Of a stretch of 64,000 nt of DNA, positions 1 through 11,636 are shown piece after piece. The position numbers were made by a program, and so were the translations under genes. Under the pieces are notes generated by a model, which worked only from the letters and a program-made list of their open reading frames with translations, made no database searches and had not been told where the DNA came from. The stretch covers positions 2,232,001-2,296,000 of the forward strand of contig OZ287070.1 in NCBI GenBank assembly GCA_965645245.1, given 5' to 3'. Numbering within the stretch: the stretch's first letter is position 1; each line of letters begins with the position of its first letter. This stretch comes from Massalongia carnosa. Its lineage: Eukaryota.

Positions 1-854
1 GGCAAAAAAAAACATGATGTTGGCCAAGATGTGTTAATTTCTTTGTCGCTATCTCAACACGAATGAAGTGGTGATGATTGATTTTCTTCTTTTCCGAAAC
101 GTTAATTGTGTGTGCTTCGCTCACAGAACTCTATTCTGTTCGGAAATATGGATGAAAGTACTACCAATAATCCGTAACTCACCCACCCACCCGCCTGTGC
201 CTACCTACTACCTATGTATCCTGCTCCCTCCAAGTTCTCCACCAATCCATCCATCAGGCAGTCGCATCTGGCCTAATACTAATCACGCTTACTTCCATCC
301 ACCAAGCAAGCTCTTAGAGCTTTGCTCTTCTTCCCACCCCCCTCCCCAAAAGGGTTTATCAAGGCAGTCAATCATTCATACACTCTCTTTCCAATGATGG
401 AATTCTTCTCCCCATCATCATCATCATCATCATCTTGGCGGAAGTAAGTAATTGAGACTATACATTCACTTCTCCGAGAACACCCTTCTTCCCTCAATCG
501 TCAGGGGTCCACAGGCCCATGCAAATCGTTCCCTGGACCCAATCTAACCTAACCTAACCTGAAGTTTAAGCAACAGCCGATAAGCAAATTCACAGATAGA
601 CCTTCGTCCCATCCATGGTATATGACAAGGATAGAAACAGGGCTGGCTGGGTCGGCTATAAACACAAGACTCGCTCGCTCGCTCCTCAGATTCCTAAGTA
701 AACAAAAACATAAGTCAACGAAACACTCCAACAGCAATCCTCGCCACGCTTGTTGGGTGGAGGAGAAAACAAAGCACACAAGATTATCTTTACCAAAAGC
801 GTCACGCTCCCTGGATTTGGGAACGGGAAGGAGAGGAAATATTCTTAACACAGC

Positions 855-2568
855 ATGCGTGGACTCTTCGTTGCGGGCATAGTATTCGTTTCGAGTGTTT
901 TCCCCGAAGTCGCGACGCAGGCGTGTGCCTACGGATCCGCCCAGCTTTATAAAGGCAACTGGTACTGTTCGGCCGTCAAGGCCATCACCTACACCAATTT
1001 CCCGGGGACAGGCTCCTACAACAAGGTCACGTATATGAACGCTAGTAACGGGCAGTGCACGCAGGAGCGATACGCCTACAGTGGTTCCCTTGCTCCGTTG
1101 AATGAAGAGGTTGGTTACTTTGCGTTTTGTTGCCCTGATTTAGCCATGCGGCGAGCAGGGAAACTGGCTTACCTGAACGTGTAACCTTTTTCAGCTATCC
1201 CTACATATTCGCGGGCCCACCTGGCTGAAACAGCTCGCCGTCTATAACCCTGCTGCAAACCATCCAAAGCGAAGCAACAAAGCCGGCTTCCGTGAACGTC
1301 GCCATGGTCATGAACATCTTCACCAGCGCGAACGGGCCACCAGGAAAACCAAGGAACGGGAGTTGGCACGCCGGTCGGTCGGCGAAGTCGTATCTGCGAT
1401 GATCGATGGAGTTTGGGTCTCTTGGACCAATACTTACGGGGGCCAAGCAGCTGCTCCGGCTACAAGCCTTCCAGAGCCAGCGGCCTCAGTGGCTTTTGCA
1501 AGCGTCTCCGGTCCGATAGCCCTTGTGGCTCCTGCCGTTTCTACTAGCGTTGCAGAACCATCATCACTTGCGACTTATATGATTGTTGGGGAGCCAATGG
1601 CTGCCGCACCTGAGGGAATGAGTGTCACCCCCGTGCCTAGCGTCCGCAGCACGAAAACTCAGATACCCCAATCCTCTTCTGCAGCCAGCGCAGTCGATGC
1701 AAATAGCTCAGCTAGCGAAGATGGAAGCTGGAGTCGCCAAGCATATTACAACGCTGCCGCTGGCATTTCCGAGGGTTTTACTTTTCTAAATCATTATGGG
1801 GGCGTCAACGGAATACCAGGTACAGCAGCCGGGGGAACCGAGTGAGTGAAATGCGATGACTATGGAAAGATAGGTCTTACCTGATCGCTTGAATAGATTC
1901 GGTGCATCTCTGAGCTACGCGTCTTCGGACGGTCGATCAGGGGCTTCTTCTGCGCAAATCCTCTCTGACGCCCTAATCGCAGACGATGTGGAGTTCATCA
2001 TCATGTCTGATAAGAGCTGCGATGATGGAGGCTGTGGCTACACCCGTCCTGGCGGCGTCGCGTACCGTACGCTACTGTGATTTGGGAACACTGGCGGATA
2101 GCTAACATGAGCGCAGACGGCTTTGGTGGCGATCACAAAATCTTTCTCATGGAATTCTCCATGCCCTTCACCGGGCTATCTGGCTTCAACGGCGACATGC
2201 CAGCCATCTGGCTTCACAACGCCCAGATCCCGCTGACATCCCAGTACGGCTCCAACCCTGATTGCTCGTGCTGGAGCTCGGGTTGCGGCGAGTTTGACCT
2301 TTTTGAGATCCTCGACTCCGGAGACTTTCGCTGCAAATCCACGTTGCACATGGCACCCGCCGGTGGCTCCTCAGATTATTTCCAGCGGCCCACGCACGGG
2401 ACTATCACAGTCGCTGTTGTGTTCACGGGCAGCAACGAGGTGGCACATATTCAGATTTTGGAGGATGGGCAAGGGTTTGACGCGGTCTTTACAGCGAAGC
2501 AGGTGGACGGGCTTATAAGCCTAAAGGGCAATAGCGGGAGTTCTTCGTTATTTGTCTTGTCACCGTGA
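855..2568 (+). CDS. TOS1: Secreted cell-wall TOS1/PGA52-like putative glucanase (DUF2403 + DUF2401), 4 exons
   Basis: Signal peptide; GNWYCSAVKAITY...YSGSLAPLNEE N-domain; S/A/P-rich linker; C-domain DMPAIWLHNAQIPLTSQYG...CSCWSSGCGEFDLFE. The ORF-track pieces join through GT-AG introns. Confidence 0.88.
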
Positions 2569-3082
2569 TTTGATCCGCGTGGGGGAACTGTAAGTGGGTG
2601 GTATTGTATGTTGGAATGAAAGTGGCTTCTCTTGGCTTCGTGGATGAGTATGGAGTTTGAGGGAAAGAATGTTGGATGTGGGTTCGTCTTCAACGAAAGG
2701 AAGGGAGACTGGATAGGTAGTATTTAACGCGCGCAGTATGGCTCTAGAGTTAATGCAGTCGTGTTGGTTGTAAAGGGTTTTCTGATTCTTGGCAAGAGGT
2801 TCACCCCGTAGAGAGATATATGTGGCGGTTTGTGTGTCAATACTGAGCCGAGATCAGGGCTTCGGGATTAGAAACCCTTTCGACGTTGGAAGATAGAATT
2901 ACGAGACAAGGCACGTGGAATGAACAAATAGATTTCGAGTTCCTCTGAGTTACTTGAGCATGAGTTTTTATCATGGAATTTTATTTTTCTGTATTTCTGG
3001 ATTTTGTATTTTTTTCAGGTGATTGAAGATTCGTGAAATCTAACTACGTTCGGCTTTAGCTTTGCAACCCCAAAGTGTCTGA

Positions 3083-4514
3083 ATGTCGTCGCAGTCTCCT
3101 CCCAAGCCTTGGGAGAGGCAAAGGCGTGCCAGAGTGTGTGAGTTGTTCTACTTTCGCGCGCTCCATGCCTTATCGATAACCCTTCGATGGCATTGCTGAC
3201 CGACCATCCTTCGGCGCAGTATCAGCGCCGGTCACCGATCCTCACCGCGAAACCTCATCAGCAACACCCGCCGCCGCCACGACAGCAAACGCCATAACAA
3301 CCTCGCAACGTCCCCCGCTCCCCGCGAGACCTTCCGCGTTGAACTCGGTGGTGAATCGAACGGCAACGAATTACTCGCCTTTTCGCGGTGGGACGCGGCT
3401 TGGTGCCACCCCATACGGGGGGGTTGGTAGCTATGGCAACTACTCTTCGCCCTATTCGCGGTTCGGCGGCATGGGCAGTTCGATGTACGGCGGGGGATAT
3501 GGCTCCATGTATGGAGGCATAGGTGGCATGGGTGGGGTGTATGGCGGAATAGGTCCGCCGGGCAGGATGGGCATGGATCCAAATGATCCCAATAGCTTGA
3601 CGAACAGCTTCAGTCAGAGCACGCAGGCTACCTTTCAGCTTATCGAGAGCCTCGTCGGCGCCTTTCAAGGGTTCGCCCAGATGCTGGAAAGTACCTACAT
3701 GGCTACACATTCAAGTTTCTTCGGTGAGCTACATTCTCTACATTTTCTATAACTAGGAGGAGTCCGTGCTGAACATACTTTCTCCCCAGCAATGATCTCG
3801 GTAGCCGAGCAATTCGCAAATCTTCGCACTACCCTTGGCTCTATCCTCGGCATCTTCACTCTCCTTCGCTGGCTACGCACCCTCTTTGCCAAAATCACAG
3901 GCCGTCCTCCACCCGCAGACGCAACGTCCCTCACCCCATCCGCTTTCGCTTCGTTCCAGGGGCTTTCTCCTTCTTCTCCCTCCAGCGCTCCTCCAAGCCC
4001 CTCCAAGAAGCCCTTGCTATTCTTCCTTGTCGCCGCCTTCGGTCTCCCTTACCTCCTCGCCAAGCTTATCCGCTCCCTTGCCGCCGCCTCTCCCCTCACC
4101 GACGCCCCCGTCCTTGGGCCCGACGGCACCCCCCTGCCCGATCAGTTCCCTATGCCGCGCCTCCCGCTCGATGTCTCGAAACTCGATTTCTGCCGCGTCT
4201 TGTATGACTACATCCCTCCACGCTCGACGGATCAGAACGACCTTTCGGTCAAAAAAGGGGAGGTTGTGGCCGTGCTGTCGAAATCGGACCCATTAGGCCG
4301 CCCGAGCGAGTGGTGGCGGTGTAGGACTCGAGATGCGCGCATGGGATATCTGCCTGGCGTTTATCTGGAAGCCATTCAGCGAAAACCGAAGGAGATTGGC
4401 GAGGGCAGGGCGGATACGATGAGTAGCGTTGATAGCGTGGGTAGTGTGGGAAGCATGATTGTCGAAGGGGCTGGCGTTGAGGCAAATCACAAAAGGGAAA
4501 CGGGCGGCGGGTGA
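3083..4514 (+). CDS. PEX13: Peroxin 13 (peroxisomal docking protein with SH3 domain), 3 exons
   Basis: Starts MSSQSPPKPWER; YG-rich region; STQATFQLIESLVGAFQGFAQMLESTYMATHSSFF; C-terminal SH3 (FCRVLYDY...EWWRCRTRDARMGYLP). Confidence 0.95.
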
Positions 4515-6404
4515 TGAAGTGGCTCGGATTACGTAGTGGAATGGTCCTTTTTGCCCTGTTGGCTAGAGAGGAGGGAGATGCATGAATTGCTTCTAGGAGG
4601 GAAGTACGGTGTTGGGGTGTTTTTTAGCGGGGGGTCAACTCCTTTCATCCCGCCGCGTCGGTGGCACAGTCAGGCATGGTCCGTCGGGGACGTAAGGCCT
4701 CGATTGATGCAAGGATCCCGACTCAAGACCCACAACAAGAGACTACCTAGGTATTTCTACGCTTTGTGAAATCCGCAACACCTGGGGAATTGTGCCGTCA
4801 TGCACGATATATACATGTGCTTGTGCCGGACGTTCTTACACAGGGGAAATCAAAGGCATAATAAGTCTTTTATGTACTATTCTGTATATTTTCACCATCA
4901 AGGGTTCATCATCTACGCACACTTCACCGGTTTGGGTTGGTTTATTGTGACTTCTTGGCCCGCCGAACTTACTTTTGGAAAACGGAACCTTTGTTTTTGT
5001 TTTTTTCGAGAGGGGGGGACCGGGCAGAAAGGTAAGACAGGCTGGGTATGGGTGGGTGGGTTGGTGGGTGGGTATGGACGATTTGCTGAGGTCCGGGGAG
5101 GGATGATGGAGATGAGGGTGATATCGGATTCGGAAAACAATAAAGAGATAGAGGGCGAACATAAAGACAAAGAAGAAGAAGACGAAGAAGACGAAGAAGA
5201 CGAGCATAACGATCTCCTTTTCTCCCAAGTTCTCTCATTTCCTCTACCTTTCCAATCTCTAGAAATCGTCCTTTTTTCTCTCCCTTTTATTTCTTTTCAA
5301 GAACCCCCCCCCCCCCTCCCTCTCTTCATGTCTAATTCAACAAATGAATACCTATCCATCTGCATACGCGTTTCGTCCTCGTCCCTTGCCCTGCCAAATA
5401 GTGAAACGACTACGACAACGACGATGAGACAACCGGTTTGGGGATGGGAAAGAAAGATGGGAGGGGTGGAGAAGAATGGAAGATAGAAGATCAGAAAAGG
5501 GGGGGGAGATGGTTAGATGGGAGAAATACAGGGGAGCGCGGGAATAATACCGAAGAAATGGGGAAGGTAGGTAGGTGGTTAGGTAATAAGCTAACGAAAT
5601 CCATTCGTAAATCAAAACACACATTAAAAACACAGATCCCCGTAAAATAGGGAAGCCCAACAAAGCTCGACAAACAATGAAAAAACAACAAACAAACCAA
5701 CCAAAAATGCAAAAATCCCCCCTCCCCCGCCGGAAACCGATTGCTACACAAATCCCTAATCCAGAAAAAAAAACAAGAAGAAACCAAAAGAAGCGACTCC
5801 TCCCTCCCGGTCAAGCCGAGATGCGAAGGTGCCACCTCTTGCATACCACACGGGTATCATTATACCTATCCCACCATTTCCTGCTACTGCTGCTGCCTTT
5901 CGGCCTGTGTCTGTGCCTGTGACTTTTAACTAAAAAGGGGGAAGGAGCGGGGAAGGGAACCTTGTTTTTGAGCAGTTGCCAAGTGAAGAAGCTAGGTATG
6001 AGCTGTGGGCAAGGAGGAGTTTAGTTTTGATGTGAGGGGGAGGCATGAAAGATGGTGAGGAGTGGGGAGAGGGGGAAGGAAAGGGAATACCGTATAGATA
6101 ACAGCGCAGAGTTATCGTCACCAATGCTGGGAAAAGCCTGCAGACGTGTAGAAACTCCAAAGAGCCGCTAAGGAGATGTTAGTTTTTAGACCGAGTAAAC
6201 AAGGCCGACAAATACCTTATAAACAAAGACAGCAAAGCCACCATCATCTTTAGATCCTGAGCAAAGCAAAATAGAGCAAGCACCTACAAGTCAGTAGAGA
6301 GAGAGGTGTCTGGCAAGTCAGCAGGATAGGCCCGTCCCAGTGGTAAAAAGATGCAAGTAGATGATTAAACCAGAACGACGCAAAACATGGAAGACTGACA
6401 AAAA

Positions 6405-6640
6405 GTGCTGCAGAAGCGGTGTGTGTGTAACAAGTAAGTCCCCTTTTCGAGGAAAATGTTTTGTAGCAATGGGGATTTTCAAGTGTTTTTGGGATTGTTT
6501 TGGGGAGGTTCCTGTGTAAAAGCAACGCGAGTGATAAAGGGAACGTGCTGTAGAAGCGGTGTGTGTAACAGTGAGCCCCTTTTCGAGGAAAATGTTTTGT
6601 AGCAATGGGGATTTTCAAGTGTTTTTGGGATTTTTTGGGG
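6405..6640. repeat. Two-copy direct repeat (period ~140 bp) with a 57-bp identical core
   Basis: ccccttttcgaggaaaatgttttgtagcaatggggattttcaagtgtttttgggatt at 6440-6496 and 6576-6632; flanks gtgctg(c/t)agaagcggtgtgtgt are also shared. Confidence 0.92.
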
Positions 6641-6688
6641 GAAAACGCAAATCAAAACCATGGGAAAGAAAGCCACGATACTTTACCA

Positions 6689-7651
6689 TCAAGCATCCTC
6701 CATTATCAGATCACCCACCTCATCCTCCATCGCCACGTCACTTACCTCATCCTCCATCATCACATCCCCTGCCTCATCCTCGCGGCTCCACTCAGACTTG
6801 GCCCAGATCCACTTGGTCCTTGGGAAGCTGATCTGATTGTGCCCATCGGGCTCAATCCATCGAGCAACATCCATAGTCCAAGCGTGATCCGAGAACCGAA
6901 GTCGCTTCTTGACGTGTTTGTGGATCGCGGTGATGAACCAGTTCTCCACCTCAACCGTCTCGTTCCTCTCCAGGTCGAACGAGACTGCCTTACCTTTCCC
7001 CTTCGACTTCCGTCCGGTCCCGACACAGGAACGGAGCGGAGCCAGGTTGGGGTTAACCTTTCTTACCAAGGGTGGAAGGGGAGGGGCATCCTCACTTACC
7101 TCCTCCGGCAGGTCGGTAACCGTCAAGGATCCAAGCTTCTCCGCCACGTCCACGATTACGTCCAAGTCGGCGTCAGCTGGTAACTGACGTCGTCCTGGAG
7201 TCGCAAACCGGGAATATAGGAGAGCTGGAGTGGCAGTTCCCTTGCTGCAGGAGGGGATCCTGGCTTGCTTCCTCGTCTTCGACAACACGGATCCAAGGTT
7301 TTGTGCCGTCTCTACTACCGCATCCGGAAAGCTGCCAGTTGGGGGCTGACGTCTTGGCCGAAGCGAATAGCGAGGATGAGACAAACCTGGATTAGTGCTC
7401 GCCGTAGGACGAGGATAAGACAAACCGGAATCAGCCCTCGCCGTGGAACGACGAAGGAGCCAGCTTTTCCCCCACTTTGCCCACACCCAGTTGCCCAGGC
7501 AAGAGGCCGCGCCGGTGAAACACGCGGCCTTGGCTGTGATAATGGTTAACCGGTGGGTACGCTGGTGTCAAGGGAAGTAAGTTCAAGTACCCAAAGTGGC
7601 CCCAATGCTGAAATAGCTCTCCAGCAGCTGTACAGTCTGTAACTTAGACAT
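6689..7651 (-). CDS. Orphan/hypothetical protein (~301 aa), 2 exons, with RVxF-like motifs and acidic C-terminal 9-aa repeats
   Basis: ATG at 7651, exon 7651-7591, 57-nt GTACTT...TTAAC...CAG intron (7590-7534), exon 7533-6689 in frame with the 265-aa track ORF; pyrimidine-rich 5' leader upstream. Confidence 0.65.
6694..6780 (-). repeat. 27-nt coding tandem repeat (3 copies; DEAGDVMME/DEVSDVAME/DEVGDLIME)
   Basis: catcctc recurs at a 27-nt period on the + strand. Confidence 0.8.
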
Positions 7652-10245
7652 CGCGCCGAAGCTTGATGGTAAGTTAACAGTCGGTAGAAAGAACGGAAGG
7701 AATCAGAAGAGCAGGGGTAGAGTTTGAGAGTGAGAGCAGGAGTGGTAGGAATGGCTGTAATAGCTTCAACAATCTTGAGAAAGTTTCAGCGTTGCAGGAG
7801 GAGGGAAGAAGAAGAAGAGAAAAGGGAAGGAGGGAAAGTTTTCAACGTTTATGTATTTGGGTTGATAAGGCTACTAGGGTGGATAAACAACTGTCGGGCT
7901 AAGGAGATGTACACAGCAACGAACATCATCAGTCGTTATGCGGCAACAGTCAAAGAGAAACAACATTCGGTAGGCTCATCACATGAACGGAGTCCGAAAC
8001 CTATGAAATTGATTGAAAACCTCATTCACAGCCGCTGGAGTATGGTCGGTTCCTTCCTCCCATAGTGTTACCAGCGTGTAACCGGCTCAATAATCTCCTC
8101 TCTCTAAGTTAGCATATCTTAAAATTTTTCCTATATCCCACCGCATGCTCATACTTAGCTTCATTTAGCATCTATTCCTCGTATCCTCACCTGATCCCAT
8201 AGCATGATCAATACCCCTATTCAGGGAACGCCGAGCTCAAGACGCCAAAGCCAGGGACATCGTCACATTCCTGATAGTACCAATTAAGGGGAAAAACCGA
8301 ACTGCAAATAGATTCTAATACTGGCTCAGGCAGCAGAAAACTTCTTCCTGTGTGAGCACTGGACAGCAAAATGAAAGCAAGACACCCTTATGCAAAGGAT
8401 CTGAACACCACACCATGGGGAATCGTCCATGCAGCAGGATATTTCTCTTGAGCATGCGAAGCCTATCAATACCGCGTTCTAAATGTCAAATGCAGAAGAG
8501 AAGAGAAAACCCCTGACAACCAAATACATATTCATGATTAACGGAAATGATTGAACCAAGAGCGCAAGCATACGGAAACCACATCAAGCACGTTTGCCGA
8601 CCCTCTCCTTAAAGACATGAAACTTATTCTAAACCCACGCACAGAACCTTGGAACGGGGATAACGGCCAGTCCTCGTCCAAAGGGAGGTAGTTTGCGAGA
8701 CGTAGCATAACGTTTACTCGTCTGCCGGAATTATCACCTCACAAGCAAGACATCATATGCATGCAGCAAGAGAACAACCACTTAACATAATCGTCCTTGT
8801 GCCTCCCAAACTCACACGCCATTTCTCCAAGACTGACCTGTCGTCCGAAAAAAGTTTGACACCTCAAGGTATGCTAATGCTTACATAACTACATTTGCCT
8901 ACCGATCCATACCAACCCTGCACCTTCCGTCCCAAGATCTAGGCGTTCAGCCTTGCTATACAATTCGCGCGTTTAACTCAACCCCCCCACGACCAAAACG
9001 AGGCAACCCTCCTTTCCCCCCCACCGCCGTCATCGCGGACAACCCGCTAAACCCGGCTCGTACGATCCGAGAGGGAAAGGAGCTAGGAATATGATAGACA
9101 AGGGTTGCCCCGCCGACCATGGAATGTCCGAATGCCTATTGGCTGGCTGTAAAGCCTCACTGTTCCTCATCAGTTCCCCCACAGCCGAAGCACCCGAGTC
9201 TTGAGCCCGAGCCGCTTTGCCTAACTCCATTAGCCTTAACCAGCCATGCAGATTGTGCGCAAGGGTATGCAGCCTCCCCGAAAATCACGCGAATTGGCAA
9301 GCGGCGGGAGTCCGCCACTGACGCAATCGACGCGGTCGTACATGAGGGTGCCGTCGGAGGAGGGGTTTTGGGGACAGTTGGACGCACAAGGCTACCGAAA
9401 AGTTACCGAGTACAGAGTATAGGTTGGGAGTTCGGGAGCTCGAATAATAAACGTACCTATACAATTCGAGGGTTTTGCGTTCGCAGACAATTTTTTTGGA
9501 ATGAGTACCGTTATGGTGGATTTCCCTGTGGACGGATGTATAATGACGACCGTAAATTACCAACCTACAGAGTATCTACCTAAGTACCTAGAACCTTCCA
9601 ATCTACTACACCACTCTGTTGGTTTAACTTTTTTTGGCAGCATTGTCACCTGACCCAAAAGCTAGGTTCCTGCAACAGATTGCTAAGGCTCTGGTTTGGG
9701 ATCTGCGACTTTTTTAATTACAGTTGGTTTGCGATAGGTTTGGGGTTCGCAGAGGGTTTCCTGTTGGTGGTGGCGGGTTGAAGGATGATGAGAGCTATTT
9801 TGGGCGATTTGAAGTGTTTGTTTGTCTCAGCTCCTGAACTAAAAATGCTGGAAAGAAGTCTATGAACTTGGAATTGAAAACAGATATACAAGAAAATTAT
9901 TCCAACCCAAAATAAATGAACTCTCTCTCCATGCATCCCGCAAAAAGTAAATCGCAAAGTCAATCGCCATAGCGAGAGTGGGTATAACTAGTGGTACAAA
10001 AATCCGAAATCCCAGAAGTCCCTTTCCAACGCCGCGCTTCGTAATTTCCAATAATCGTATTGCGATTCAATGAGGATTGATGTTTCAATCCGGAATGAAA
10101 AGTCGTCAAAATGCGGCGGTAATTATTATACAATGCCAAATGACGCGACGAAATAAGCGGCTAGATGGTATGCCGAAAACATTTTCCAAAGGCTAGGCAC
10201 TGCGCTGAAGAAGAACAACAATTTTCGAAGAACCCTCGTCAAATT

Positions 10246-11636
10246 TTATAAAATAGAAGATGACTTCTCAGACATCCATGAACCCTCTGGTGAGCCACGA
10301 TCAGATGATCGATCGCCTTTGTGGACTTTGCGATGCCGCCGGAGGTTTGAAACAACGGAGAAATGTCGACCGCAGCCTTCAGCTTCACAAGCGTATGCTG
10401 TTCATTTTGTAAGCGGCTGATATAGATAGTTTTAACTTTCAGCACTTACGTTTCTCGCCTGTATGACTGTACATATGTGTTTGTAAGGAGCTTGGGCGCG
10501 TAAATCGCTTGTCGCAGACCTTACACTTGTGTTTTTTCTGAGTGCTCGAGGAGATCTTCGAGTTGAACTGCCCCATCATTGATCGCGGTGGTGCGGGTGG
10601 TGGGTTGGGCCCTACCAAGGCAGACGGCCTAGGCAGAGTGCGCGAACTGATAGATTCCATGGTGTCGGACTGAGAACTGTAGTCCGACACGGAAGACGTG
10701 TCCACTGAGCTGCCATAATAGGATGGATAATTGCTCGCTGAAGAAATAGACGAATGCGAGGAGTGTGGCGTAGGGAATCCGTACGAATCCGTACCATCTC
10801 TATCACCTCTGGCCCCAAAGATGTTTCGTGGTGTCGTTAAATCCTGACCGACTCCTGCCAAACCTCGGCTTGCATCGAGTGCGTCTCCATATGAAGCTTG
10901 CGAATGGGACGAAGAAGCGCTTCTGTAGAGCATGTTAAGACTTCCTCGAATGAATCAGCGAATGGAGAAACCTACTGCTGAGATAATCGCCTGTTNNNNN
11001 NNNNNNNNNNNNNNNNNNNNNNNNNNNNNNNNNNNNNNNNNNNNNNNNNNNNNNNNNNNNNNNNNNNNNNNNNNNNNNNNNNNNNNNNNNNNNNNNNNNN
11101 NNNNNNNNNNNNNNNNNNNNNNNNNNNNNNNNNNNNNNNNNNNNNNNNNNNNNNNNNNNNNNNNNNNNNNNNNNNNNNNNNNNNNNNNNNNNNNNGAGAC
11201 TGTTGTACGCGCCAAGATAAGGTGCTAAAAGAGGAGTATATGTTGTAACAGACGAAGTTGAAGTAGAAGGATAGCCCTGATCATATGTTGATCGCGGAGG
11301 ATTGAGCAGATCATGAGACAAGTTTAATAACTCTTGCTGCCCGTATGCACTTTGCGAATATCCTCCGCTAATGCTAATCGAGGGCGCACTCGTTGAAATC
11401 GATGTATATGGCATGGATACATTGCTGGCTCGCGCTGCTTGTTGCTTTGCAACGGCCTCGAAGCCACTACTAGTTGACCCTAGGGGTGTCGAGAATAGGT
11501 GGGCAGAATTGGATGAAGACGTGCCGACCCACGGGTTACTGAATTGAGGACCTGGACCCGAATACGGCATATGATCAAACCCTACCGCTCCCAGCTGGCG
11601 ATGTTGCTGGTCCATTGTCATGGTCATTGTCGTCAT
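10246..11636 (-). CDS. flbC: C2H2 zinc-finger developmental transcription factor FlbC (contains assembly gap)
   Basis: SSTQKKHKCKVCDKRFTRPSSLQTHMYSHTGEK spliced to PYACEAEGCGRHFSVVSNLRRHRKVH, the FlbC-type double finger; stop at 10246-10248. Confidence 0.88.
10996..11195. other. Assembly gap (200 N)
   Basis: Run of N inside the flbC coding region. Confidence 1.

Noticed and set aside
544..560. (CTAAC)n and a single ccctaaccc at ~19128 as telomeric or telomerase-template sequence
   Set aside because: Short, not a TTAGGG array, and no supporting context.
4800..5486. 228-aa + strand ORF and overlapping ORFs
   Set aside because: Made of low-complexity purine/pyrimidine tracts and (GAAGAAGAC)n, with no recognisable domain or coding-like composition.
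6405..6640. Direct repeats as a CRISPR array or LTR pair
   Set aside because: Eukaryotic context, only two adjacent copies, no TG...CA termini and no internal retroelement ORFs.
9145..9156. GGCTGTAAAGCC resembling the fungal SRP RNA Alu start
   Set aside because: No SRP helix-8 motif found downstream.
9161..9175. CTGATGA on the - strand resembling a hammerhead core or box C
   Set aside because: No downstream stem II-GAAA and no convincing box D or terminal stem.
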